Source: Minisyncoccota bacterium (lineage in GTDB: Bacteria > Patescibacteriota > Microgenomatia > UBA1400 > PJMF01). Taken from it: a stretch of DNA of 62,514 bases. Within the stretch, counting starts at the first letter, position 1; each line of letters begins with the position of its first letter. Both the position numbers and the translations under genes were made by a program. The stretch spans positions 1 to 62,514 of the forward strand of contig VFLK01000008.1 in assembly GCA_009885085.1 (NCBI GenBank), written 5' to 3'. This document shows positions 22,201 to 29,744 of the stretch, in pieces. The notes below the pieces were generated by a model, which was not told the DNA's origin, did no database searches, and saw nothing but the letters and a program-made list of their open reading frames with translations.

Positions 22201-23125
22201 CAGCACAGCTTCTGCAACATATATGGGTGAGCTCTACGCAACTGTAAATAGCACCCAACTTGAAGTAATAGATATAACCGATCTTGATTTAACTCTCGAA
22301 GAACTCTCTCTTACTCAAGATGACGTTGTTCTCACCGCAACAGCCATGTATGTCGAAAAATACTTCAAAGTTAATGGCGCTGGCTATATCTCTGATTCTC
22401 TAGCAGTTGGTAATTCCATATTTGCGGGCACCGGAGTTGTAATCGGATCAGGCGATAGCACCACTCAAATCACCAATGGCGTCATTGCCTACATTACTCC
22501 AGATCCAGATAACCAAATCTTGAAAGTTCAGCCATCTGGACAAGGTTCTATTGATCTTTTAGCTGGATTAGTAATCATAGATGATTCTGGAAAAGTTACA
22601 GTTAATGGCAATTTTGAAGCAACCGGCGATGTTAAAGTCGGTGGCACACTCCTAGCAAATCTCATCGAACCAACAGACTTTGGCAACCCACTTCAAGTTC
22701 AAGTTGCAGGTGTGGACACTCAAACTGGAGAAGTTAAACAATCTAGATTTGAAATTATCAACGAAGTTGGCGCTCCTGTTGCTACGTTCTCTGCTCAAGG
22801 ACGTGCTGAGTTTGCCGGTGGCGTTGGTATAGGTAGTGAAGATTTAGGATCATCAGCAATTAATGAGCTCCAATCTGAAAAAACTTCAGGAAAAGCTACG
22901 ATTGAATCTGGATCAGATGCTGTAAAAATCAAGTCATCCCTGATAACCGAGAAATCCATGATCTACGTCACAGCTGTCGGCAGTACCAATAATCAAGTAC
23001 TCTATGTCAAATCACAGGTTCCAAATGTTAACACACCAACTGCAAACCAAGCAGGCGAGTTCGTCGTTGGATTTGACTCTCCAACCACAGCCAACGTCTC
23101 ATTCAACTGGTGGATAGTGAACTAA
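16238..23125 (+). CDS. Giant single-pass membrane protein: tandem integrase SAM-like N-terminal domains + tail-fibre-like adhesin with peptidase G2/chaperone-like domain
   Basis: Two S.STIKNY.SDISQ...S.KRK..SI.QFAAWAE repeats; TM helix near aa 415-437; SFQGRLTD...PRQ...VAYA domain; five G(N/R)(V/L)G(I/V)G motifs; DYAEYF...LGVV...VGLTGQ...GDALTSS...IIGHALE domain. Confidence 0.85.
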   Translation: MTVQAKYITSIIETFSTYLESLNVSTALGEETTVSFIKFLQHKKDYSSWTMSELEKFIETEKLGSNTAILIRRYIENFTPFQTDIFLHQFLGSLKFENKSSSTIKNYRSDISQFISLVEAKKITALFSQENIKKFVKDQFSKNLKASSVKRKLISIAQFAAWAENEKLIENVSFWISDVESLFGKKTNGDKSKNEAISSGVKTEESMKLGSLHGEKLASYQLDDFLVSLEVDESSKSTIKNYKSDISQLIAFTGDLRLTSVITQENLGKFISYQKAKDLKQNSIKRKIVSISQFAAWAEKRGDLKNVALWLNNLYLGDSRHSPVTNVPVTAPVKIIGADHNIVLKLKDHVKVIKNEEAEISQEKKGKRWLLPFPKLFSEKNYTDEKIKNNYYSNLKIGTVEKLLASSKRKTKSFLPYVNFAMFILFFLGLGYFGYSQFIEQSAELLAYPSTPVRPNRELSFQGRLTDTAQNPVTSATNMAFRLYDTGPGSGGVLLWNSSTCSVTPDQDGIFNVGLGDDCGAEITENVFTENSNVWLEVEVAAETLTPRQSIKTVAYALNSETIQGYPISATGAATTNSILFMDGAGQVVLGEVSPTLKATTGTFSIEAQALTLKTSSGSNGDIIFNPNGLGEVLSTGYFSAPGATFAATYAGGTSLVLKGGPSGTANIQEWQNSSGTPLSTISSAGVANLAGLTINSAYTFPTADGTANYVLSTNGSGTVTWADPAAAAASSIPWIQGAGILYPKNSTVDLLIGGQSTASAKFKVTGMNSGTPTASISGTTANVATYLTGEGTLSTTNMAPLVLGSATTGSIALNPKGTTGLFVDGAGNVGIGTTTPAATLEISQTFVSANTEVEMFRTSRKTSGTGSTGIGAYTSTYLQDAGGTMVEAGRLSFRLHDATNGANTASQFVAYTERETFTNLLPVFTAYSTSSDRYLCMNGIDNITTSDDDCFGMTIGSGHAINFRSLGANHLGLIYDNSINQMSVTAPSTDSLALITLQSTAIFFDAANNGADMYINPNGNVGIGTTTPLGKFDVQGAVKGKALSIFNETGDQDIITASVSGVTKFRVANDGYVYGERFVDNSNSSYYVDPAAGGSSALFAGNLGVGTLGPDARVDSLATSGEQLRLTYTDGSVYTGFTTNSGGDLTIIPSGGDISVTGNILPSVDDTYTLGSTSLRWQDIFLGPNTAHIGTSLTDEGTISYDTTGNILNFGTDSTANGDIAFFTDDLYLDKSAGRVGIGTTVPGFVLDVAGTASVDSLNINSAYTFPTADGTNTYVLTTNGSGTVSWAAQAGASLFTDAGTFTYLTSTTDDLALGGNTAGASFFYDASQEQLNLISTIGADEALYVSTAVGATASINLVNFTSSNALNTQNIVRIQNDSAGTGIDLNNYGSSYGIDIDNGTTGTNFGLYVRSSANAVAAAGLAKFAVTNSAFDRDIVEISNLGIADGLYINQSTTGIGRGLYAYSNVGVTATDSLAFFHANDIAFDQSVLEITNDGVGNALLVNNLGTGASFRVNDAVALDTTPFLIDESGNVGIGSTNPAFLLDVSGSEATTYISRIRNTNTTDTADGLLVRLDVATTATGMYFVGFSHSATIGGKIQGSATDNQVTYTTSGTDYAEYFLVNDQSNRPDFGDLITISDNTSNSVEKAVNNKHLLGVVTDTPGFVGNGSICPENMQEECDAHHEDINVLVGLTGQINTKVSNINGAIKQGDALTSSNIPGVAVKATEAGYIIGHALESFNANTTSKIRVMVYPSWYDPNMYFTSTGDLQIQGQEDNYTLKNTASNTIIEKIGAFSKIISANITAGIAYVKNLNADVLTVNQQLISPIANIDTLNSTNINVENEIKTNKLTAKETSLGSLLAQDATISGTLNVATISATNITSKTVETGTLLSDELNTLTASISGKLTADSVDTASISATNIDVTSARITALEAGIAQLESVKANTAEIVNATVSGTLYANNIYDFENKIATSLQKPGLLDLLTGQNNSTASATYMGELYATVNSTQLEVIDITDLDLTLEELSLTQDDVVLTATAMYVEKYFKVNGAGYISDSLAVGNSIFAGTGVVIGSGDSTTQITNGVIAYITPDPDNQILKVQPSGQGSIDLLAGLVIIDDSGKVTVNGNFEATGDVKVGGTLLANLIEPTDFGNPLQVQVAGVDTQTGEVKQSRFEIINEVGAPVATFSAQGRAEFAGGVGIGSEDLGSSAINELQSEKTSGKATIESGSDAVKIKSSLITEKSMIYVTAVGSTNNQVLYVKSQVPNVNTPTANQAGEFVVGFDSPTTANVSFNWWIVN

Positions 23126-23170
23126 AACTAAAATAGAATTTTTTGAGCATAAGCAGTTCGCTTAATAAAT

Positions 23171-23213
23171 TCTGCATATTGACATTTTGTATGCATAATT
23201 GATAATATGCAGA
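23171..23213 (+). promoter_or_regulatory. TA operon promoter with overlapping inverted-repeat operator
   Basis: TTGACA (23179-84), N16, GATAAT (23201-06); perfect IR TCTGCATATT/AATATGCAGA around central palindrome TATGCATA. Confidence 0.7.
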
Positions 23214-23214
23214 T

Positions 23215-23475
23215 ATGACAAACATTGCCACAGTAACTGGTAGAGGCCAAATTACTATTCCAACATCGATCCGAGAACATCTTAACCTAAATGTGGGGAA
23301 TAGAGTTATTATCTCTCATTCCGATACGACAATTACCATCAAGCTCTTACCAGAAGAAACTGATGTTATGGATTTATATGCAAGTATCAATACTAAAGGA
23401 AAATCAATCCCATCAAGTATTGACCATGCAAAAAAGATAAAAGCAAAAAAAACAGCCTCTCAAGCTTATGAATAA
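23215..23475 (+). CDS. vapB: AbrB/MazE/SpoVT-family antitoxin (VapB-like)
   Basis: ATVTGRGQITIPTSIREHLNL motif; overlaps the downstream PIN gene. Confidence 0.88.
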   Translation: MTNIATVTGRGQITIPTSIREHLNLNVGNRVIISHSDTTITIKLLPEETDVMDLYASINTKGKSIPSSIDHAKKIKAKKTASQAYE

Positions 23476-23896
23476 TATTCAAAAATCAATCGTATATATA
23501 GATACTAATATATTTCTTAGATTTCTTATTTTTGATGAAATAAACCCCAACCTTAGTAAAAAAGCCAAAAGTATTATTAAAAATATAAGAGATCAAAAAA
23601 TTTTGGCAAAAACCAATGTTTGTATCGTTAGTGAATTAGTTTATGTGTTGGAAGGCTATTATGAACTCGCCAAAACCGATGTCATAAATAAGATTATTCC
23701 TATCCTTAGCCTTGATAAATTGCTCATAGACCAAAAAGCATTAGTACTTTCGGCTCTGTACGTTTATGAAGATAAAAATGTAGATTTTGAAGATGCTTAT
23801 AGCTACGTTCTTATGAAAAATGACTTAATAAAAGAAATTCACACCTTTGATAAAAAACATTTTAAAAGGTTTATGGATATTAATATTTTGAGCTAA
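23468..23896 (+). CDS. vapC: PIN-domain toxin (VapC-like)
   Basis: YIDTNIFLRFL, SELVYVL, DFEDAY and TFDKKHF acidic PIN motifs. Confidence 0.9.
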   Translation: MNNIQKSIVYIDTNIFLRFLIFDEINPNLSKKAKSIIKNIRDQKILAKTNVCIVSELVYVLEGYYELAKTDVINKIIPILSLDKLLIDQKALVLSALYVYEDKNVDFEDAYSYVLMKNDLIKEIHTFDKKHFKRFMDINILS

Positions 23897-23942
23897 TAAC
23901 TCGCCTAACTCACCAGCTGAGTACAAAAATTTAATTATTTAA

Positions 23943-24401
23943 CTAATTAGCACAAACATAAAAAGTGTCTGCTGTTCCAGCAATTCCACACTCTGCTGCA
24001 CTATCTGCAATATCTGCATCAGATGCATTTTCCAAAACAACGCCTGCATAAAAACCATCGCCACTATCTGTCTGAACATATTCTGTATATTCTGGCAATG
24101 ATTTCATATAAACAGTTCCTCCTGCTCCATCATTAAATTCATCGCCAGCAGAACAAGCTGCTCCGCCACAACTAGAAAAAGTATTGCTAGCGCTAGCTGG
24201 ATATTGTTGATTGTCGTTATAATATAATCTCATGGAAGTTTTGAGTTGTTCGAGATCTCCCTTAAGTTTGGTATCTTTTGCTCTTCCTCTAATTCCTACA
24301 AAATTAGAAAGTAGCAAGGCTGTTAAAACTCCAATAATCGAAATAACAACCAAAAGTTCTATAAGAGTAAAACCCTTGTTTAAAGTTTTTTTATTTTTCA
24401 C
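23943..24401 (-). CDS. Type IV pilin / GspG-like prepilin
   Basis: KG|FTLIELLVVISIIGVL class III signal peptide; YYNDNQQYP; C-terminal cysteines. Confidence 0.9.
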   Translation of the reverse strand: MKNKKTLNKGFTLIELLVVISIIGVLTALLLSNFVGIRGRAKDTKLKGDLEQLKTSMRLYYNDNQQYPASASNTFSSCGGAACSAGDEFNDGAGGTVYMKSLPEYTEYVQTDSGDGFYAGVVLENASDADIADSAAECGIAGTADTFYVCAN

Positions 24402-24432
24402 TTGAGCCCTTTCTGGGTATAAATTAACTCCA

Positions 24433-24954
24433 CTAATCAGCTATTGCTGAACCTAATGTAATGTTACTACTTGCAACTCCATAGTTACAGCCCTCGCCTC
24501 CACATTTTGCCGAAACTGCAGAATAAACTCCTGGAGCGCCACCAAACATTGGCACCGCGCCATCATTCACATTTTCCAAGCGAGCATAGATCATATAACT
24601 CGTTCCATCTGAATCATAGAAAAATTCATTGGCACCTGGATCTTCAGGAATCTGTACCATATAAGTAGTACCCTTATCGTCCTGCCAAATTGAGCCATAG
24701 CTACAAGCACTTGTGCCACCAACTCCACAGCCCTCAATGTTTCCCAAAGCATCTCCAATTGGATAGCTTCCGTGATCGTTGTAATAAACTTCCAGAGCTG
24801 TCACGATTCCGCTCAAACTGCTTTTTCTGTTTGAATCTCTAGATTTCATCTGAGCCGAAGTAAATGCGCCCAAACCAATTACTGATAAAATTCCCAAAAT
24901 CACAATGACTATCAAAAGCTCGATCAGGGTAAAACCAAAATAATTCTTTTTCAT
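24433..24954 (-). CDS. Type IV pilin / GspG-like prepilin
   Basis: FG|FTLIELLIVIVILGIL; SRDSNRKS; YYNDHGSYP; IPEDP. Confidence 0.9.
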   Translation of the reverse strand: MKKNYFGFTLIELLIVIVILGILSVIGLGAFTSAQMKSRDSNRKSSLSGIVTALEVYYNDHGSYPIGDALGNIEGCGVGGTSACSYGSIWQDDKGTTYMVQIPEDPGANEFFYDSDGTSYMIYARLENVNDGAVPMFGGAPGVYSAVSAKCGGEGCNYGVASSNITLGSAIAD

Positions 24955-24988
24955 ATTTAAGCCTTATATATCTTTTGGCCATCTCCAA

Positions 24989-25648
24989 CTAATTTGTACA
25001 CGAACTCACTGCTACACATTCAGTAGAGTCTACATATGGTCCGTCAAAACAATTTCCCAAACCAATACTCCAGGCATTGCACACGCCAGCGCAACAGAAT
25101 CCATTGTTTAATCCAGGATGTATGTCGTCCCCATAGTTACCATTTAAGATTGGCACTCCTTCAGAAACGCCATAATTGTATTGCAAAGCTTTTATTCCAA
25201 TTACAGATCCAAAGGCTTCAAAAGCACCACAACCAATATCTCCATCACATTTTAATTGAACCACAACTGGATCTTCATTTTTTTCTAAATTTGCCCAGAC
25301 CCTAAAACCGTCACAAGTTCCAGCTCCACCAGTGTTGTCATGTGGAAGATATAAATAATAGCTTTGGTCTTTAGGATCACAAGGAATTTTTTGTAAATAT
25401 GGGCTTAGTTCATGGCTAGATGGCGAAACTCCTCCACAATTTTGTAGAACATTTGCCTGAGGATAACAACCATTGTCGTTATAAAAATCTTCAAACGCAA
25501 TTTTAATTTTTTGCAGGTCACTCTTTCTTTCACCATCTCTAACTTTTTCAAGTTGTCTAGGTATCAACGAAATTGCCAAGATCATTAAAATTGCTAGTAT
25601 TGCTACCACAATCAAAACTTCCATCAACGTAAATCCGCGATTCTTCAT
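24989..25648 (-). CDS. Type IV pilin / GspG-like prepilin with Cys-rich C-terminus
   Basis: RG|FTLMEVLIVVAIL; RDGERKSDL; FYNDNGCYP; IPCDP. Confidence 0.9.
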   Translation of the reverse strand: MKNRGFTLMEVLIVVAILAILMILAISLIPRQLEKVRDGERKSDLQKIKIAFEDFYNDNGCYPQANVLQNCGGVSPSSHELSPYLQKIPCDPKDQSYYLYLPHDNTGGAGTCDGFRVWANLEKNEDPVVVQLKCDGDIGCGAFEAFGSVIGIKALQYNYGVSEGVPILNGNYGDDIHPGLNNGFCCAGVCNAWSIGLGNCFDGPYVDSTECVAVSSCTN

Positions 25649-25730
25649 ATCTATATACTACTATTTACATTCGTCTGACACTAGGGTTAAATGGAAAGTG
25701 ATTATAAAGTATGTTCAAGGAGAACAAATT

Positions 25731-27881
25731 ATGAAAACACATCAGCTTTTTAAGCAGGTAGCCCTGTGGTCGGCCATGGCAACAGCATTTCTATCAGTTT
25801 TATTGGTAGTTCCGCTCACCGATAGTTTTATTGATCATACAAAAACATATTTATTGTTCTTTAGTAGCATACTGATGATCCTATTTTTTGTTATCAAATC
25901 ATTGAAACAAGGTTCAGTTAAAATCACAATTAGTCCAATTACCAGTTCACTTTTTTTCTTTGGACTAGCAGTCGTAGCTTCAACATTTTTTACCTCTAGC
26001 TATCCAATTGAAGCGTTGCTCGGCATGGGTGGAATTTATATTTCAGCCACTTTGATAGCAATTATAGGCGGATCTCTCATCCCCAAAGATTCTACATCGC
26101 AATTTATTAAAGGCATGGTTCTGACAGGCGTAGTTTTAGTGGTCGCAACAGTTTTACAAATGATCGGATTTGGACCTGCTCAATTAGTAAATAAACTAAT
26201 CGGCACCAGCTTTCCAACCAGTCTAGTCTTTAATATTGCCGGGTCTTCATTCATTGCTCTACAAGTTTTATTAGTTACACTTGTCGGAGCTGTTGCAAGT
26301 ATTATTTCAGAAAAAAAAGTGAGTAAGCTTTTTGCTATTTCTCTTCCAATTTTAGTTATTGGCTCAGGAATTTTTGCATGGTCATTACTTCCAGGAAAAG
26401 ATACAAGTTTAACTCTGCCATCTTTTAACAGTGGCTGGTCAGTCATGTTGGATTCACTTAAAAATCCAAGATCTGCGCTTATCGGCGTAGGTCCTAGTGC
26501 TTATAGTAATGCATATGCAACATTCAAACCACTGTGGGCAAACAGCACACCTCAATGGTCAGAGGTATTCTCACAAGCAGCAATGTTCCCATTAACAATT
26601 TTGACTACCTTAGGAACAATAGGTTTGGCAGCATGGGTATTCTTTGTTGTGAAGTTTGCAAAGCTAAGAAAGAGGTCGCTTATTTCTAGTAAGCCTATTT
26701 ACTACATGATTGCTTCAACTTTATTGTTACAGCTCTTATTACCTGCTAACACAATTATGTTAACAATTCAGGCAATAGCAATTGCATTTTTAATAGCTAA
26801 TGAAAAACACAGACTGCCTTTGTTACAACTTTTAACTTTAAAATTCAAAATTTTAAATAAAGTTGAGTTTGACAGCACGCCATCAAAAACAATGAAACTT
26901 CCACTCATCTTGTCCGTAGGACTCGGATTAGCTGGAGCAGTTACTATGTTTTACTTTGTTGGTAGAGTCTATGCAGCAAATATACTAATGGCCAATGCTT
27001 CAAAAGCTTTAGCTAATAATGAAGTAATAAAGTCTTATGAGCTTCAACAAAAAGCAGTTGCCCTAAACCCATATTTAGATTTATTTAGAAGAAGATACGC
27101 TTCAACAAACATGGTCATCGCAGTTGCTCTTTCAAACAAGGCTGATATTACTGAAGAAGAGAAGAAACAAGTTTCTTCACTTATTCAGCAAGCAGTCAGA
27201 GAAGCAAAAGCAGCTACTACTCTTGATCCATTAGACTCACAAAACTGGATAAGCTTAGCTCAAATATATAAAAATATGATTGGAGTGTCAGCAGATGCTG
27301 CTGATTGGACGATTCAAGCTTACGTCAAGGCTATTGAGACAAATCCAAATGACCCAGCACTCAGAATAGAGTTAGCTCAAGTCTTTGCTGCTCAAGAAGA
27401 TTACCAGCAAGCTATAAATATCATGTCTCAAGCTATAAACTTGAAACCTGATCTAGCTGGATCACACTTCAATTTAGCTCTAATTTTGGAAAAGGTAGAC
27501 CAACCAGATGCCTACAGAGAAGCTAGAATTTCCTACCAAAGAGCACTCGTTCTTCTTGAAGCTGGATCCGATGAATATGTCATCGTGAACCAAAAAATTG
27601 AAGATCTAGAAAAGCTAATGGAACAAAAAGGAATTAGTCTTGAAGCTGAAAAAGTCCAAGAGCCAGCAACTGATGCAGGTCAAGCTAGCGGACAAGATCA
27701 GACCAATGGAATAGATCAACAGATTCCATCAATCACTGATCAAAATCTCGACAATGGGTCCGAAGTTGCACCTTCTGAAAATGTAGATCTGAATGCTGAG
27801 CCAGCAGTTATGGAAAAACCATCTCCAGAGCCAAGTCCTAAAACAACTCCAACTACAGATCTAAGTGGTGAGTTGCAATAA
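25731..27881 (+). CDS. Polytopic membrane protein (O-antigen ligase-like) with C-terminal TPR repeats
   Basis: About 12 TM helices, LIGVGPSAY loop, TPR motifs (AIETNPNDPALRIELAQVF, AINLKPDLAGSHFNLA); ATG 25731 preferred over GTG 25698. Confidence 0.75.
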   Translation: MKTHQLFKQVALWSAMATAFLSVLLVVPLTDSFIDHTKTYLLFFSSILMILFFVIKSLKQGSVKITISPITSSLFFFGLAVVASTFFTSSYPIEALLGMGGIYISATLIAIIGGSLIPKDSTSQFIKGMVLTGVVLVVATVLQMIGFGPAQLVNKLIGTSFPTSLVFNIAGSSFIALQVLLVTLVGAVASIISEKKVSKLFAISLPILVIGSGIFAWSLLPGKDTSLTLPSFNSGWSVMLDSLKNPRSALIGVGPSAYSNAYATFKPLWANSTPQWSEVFSQAAMFPLTILTTLGTIGLAAWVFFVVKFAKLRKRSLISSKPIYYMIASTLLLQLLLPANTIMLTIQAIAIAFLIANEKHRLPLLQLLTLKFKILNKVEFDSTPSKTMKLPLILSVGLGLAGAVTMFYFVGRVYAANILMANASKALANNEVIKSYELQQKAVALNPYLDLFRRRYASTNMVIAVALSNKADITEEEKKQVSSLIQQAVREAKAATTLDPLDSQNWISLAQIYKNMIGVSADAADWTIQAYVKAIETNPNDPALRIELAQVFAAQEDYQQAINIMSQAINLKPDLAGSHFNLALILEKVDQPDAYREARISYQRALVLLEAGSDEYVIVNQKIEDLEKLMEQKGISLEAEKVQEPATDAGQASGQDQTNGIDQQIPSITDQNLDNGSEVAPSENVDLNAEPAVMEKPSPEPSPKTTPTTDLSGELQ

Positions 27882-27895
27882 TTAAAATAAATTAA

Positions 27896-27929
27896 AAAAA
27901 ACCACCGGCCAAAAAACCGGTGGTTTTTT
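27896..27929. terminator. Bidirectional intrinsic terminator
   Basis: aaaaaaccaccgg-ccaaaaaa-ccggtggtttttt between convergent genes. Confidence 0.85.
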
Positions 27930-28065
27930 ATTATTTACCCTTAGCAATTTTAGTTAAAAAAATTAAAACTGGGGCCAATTTTCAGTTTAAAAAACTTTAG
28001 AACCAAAGCTAATTTTAAATTTAAAACTTTTAAATTTAAAACTCTGCTCTCTTTTACGACTCAAC

Positions 28066-29607
28066 TTAATTTATTTTTTTGGAAACAACTTCTCTTAATT
28101 TAGCGGCAAGATTTTCGAGTCCAACTTTTGTAACTCCACTAAAAAATATTACTTCTATTTTTTTTCTTTTGAAAAGTTTTTTTACCTCTGCGATTAATTC
28201 TTTTGAGTACAAATCACTTTTATTAATGCTGACTAAAAATTCCTTGTCCTCAAAGAGCTTTTTTCCAGCACCTATCGGAGTGGATGTTGCTTTGACAGAA
28301 TGATTTTTAAGTTCTTTTTTTAAGTTAGTTAACTGTTCAAAAAGAATTTCTGCTTTTTGTTTATCAGTTAAATTTTCATCAAATACTTCTGTTTCTGTGA
28401 GCGCCAAAACAAAAAGCATTGTTGAACAGTTTTCTACGTGTCTCAAAAATGAATGACCCAAACCTTTGCCTTCGCTAGCACCTTCAATCAATCCAGGAAT
28501 ATCTGCCAAGACAATTTCTTCTAATCCTGAAGTCTTACTGAAATCTCCAAACTCCAATATTCCCAAGTTAGGCTCAATTGTCGTAAATGGGTATGAGGCA
28601 ATCTTAGGCTTGGCTTTTGTAACAACAGATAAAAGAGTACTTTTTCCGGCGTTTGGAAAGCCTACAAGACCTACGTCAGCCAGAAGCTTAAGTTCTAGAA
28701 CAATTACTCGCTTTTCACCAAACGATCCATATTCCGCTTCCATAGGCGTAACATTTCTTGAGCTTTTAAATCGATCATTTCCTCTTCCACCAAAACCACC
28801 CTGACAAACTATAATTTCTTGACCGTCCTTTTTGATTGTTTCAATTTCGATAGGAACTAAACCTTTCACCGCGTTCAAGACTTCTTGAACAACTGGGGCA
28901 ATTGGTTCGTTTAAACCAACTCTACCAACCTTTTTTTCAGGGACTTGTTCTTCATAAGACTCAGAATCAGATTCAGTTTCGAGTTCGGAATCAATATCAG
29001 AATCGGAATAATTATCAGAATCGGAATCTAATTCTGTGTTTGCGCTAGCTTTAGACTCTTGCGAAACTTTGGAATCGCCCTCAGACTCATCTGAAACTTC
29101 GGCTGAAACTTCAATTTCTTGATCAGTTTCTAGTTCAACTTCAGGAATGTTTTTAAACTGAGATTCACTTAATAAATAAAAATTATCTGGATCACGCTCA
29201 GGAACTCCCTGACCTTCTTTTTCCAAATAATACTTTTCTTGGCGAACTCCATCTTTTTTTAATAAAGAATTTACACCCAAAAAAGTTCTTCTTTTTTTGG
29301 CGTAACCACTCTCAGCGAGAACTGAAATTGATGTACCAATTGGGACATCTAAAATTAAATCCTTTCCCTTGGCTCCGATCATATTCTTTTTGCCACCAGG
29401 AAAACCATCTTGTGCTTGAAAAAGTATTTTACCCTTAAAATCTTTCAATGTTGCGAGGTTTTTATTACCTCTAAGAATTACACAGCCACCTTTTCCTCCA
29501 TCGCCTCCATCAGGTCCACCTTTTGTAATTCTACGCTCACGTAAAAAAGAGACTCTTCCGAGTCCCCCATCACCAGCAACTAAAATAAGTTTGACTAAAT
29601 CAATCAT
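28066..29607 (-). CDS. obgE: GTPase ObgE/CgtA with acidic insertion in the Obg domain
   Basis: GGPDGGDGGKGG, LELKLLADVGLVGFPNAGKST, YPFTT, DIPG and NKSD motifs; likely start MIDLVKL at 29607. Confidence 0.95.
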   Translation of the reverse strand: MIDLVKLILVAGDGGLGRVSFLRERRITKGGPDGGDGGKGGCVILRGNKNLATLKDFKGKILFQAQDGFPGGKKNMIGAKGKDLILDVPIGTSISVLAESGYAKKRRTFLGVNSLLKKDGVRQEKYYLEKEGQGVPERDPDNFYLLSESQFKNIPEVELETDQEIEVSAEVSDESEGDSKVSQESKASANTELDSDSDNYSDSDIDSELETESDSESYEEQVPEKKVGRVGLNEPIAPVVQEVLNAVKGLVPIEIETIKKDGQEIIVCQGGFGGRGNDRFKSSRNVTPMEAEYGSFGEKRVIVLELKLLADVGLVGFPNAGKSTLLSVVTKAKPKIASYPFTTIEPNLGILEFGDFSKTSGLEEIVLADIPGLIEGASEGKGLGHSFLRHVENCSTMLFVLALTETEVFDENLTDKQKAEILFEQLTNLKKELKNHSVKATSTPIGAGKKLFEDKEFLVSINKSDLYSKELIAEVKKLFKRKKIEVIFFSGVTKVGLENLAAKLREVVSKKIN

Positions 29608-29670
29608 TTTTTTATCTTTCTTCTGAAGATATTGTAACACGCAACCCTTTTTTATAAGATCGCACAAATT

Positions 29671-29741
29671 TTTTGAAGCATTGAAATCTTTCGAGCCCTT
29701 AGGCGAACTGCCTATGCTCGTAAAATTTTTGTGCTTCAAAA
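29671..29741. other. 71-nt nested stem-loop between the M23 gene and obgE
   Basis: ttttgaagca/tgcttcaaaa, cgagc/gctcg and taggc/gccta nested pairings. Confidence 0.6.
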
Positions 29742-29744
29742 GGG

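Noticed and set aside
29608..29739. N-terminal extension of ObgE in the ORF track
   Set aside because: The family start corresponds to MIDLVKL; the extension overlaps a hairpin
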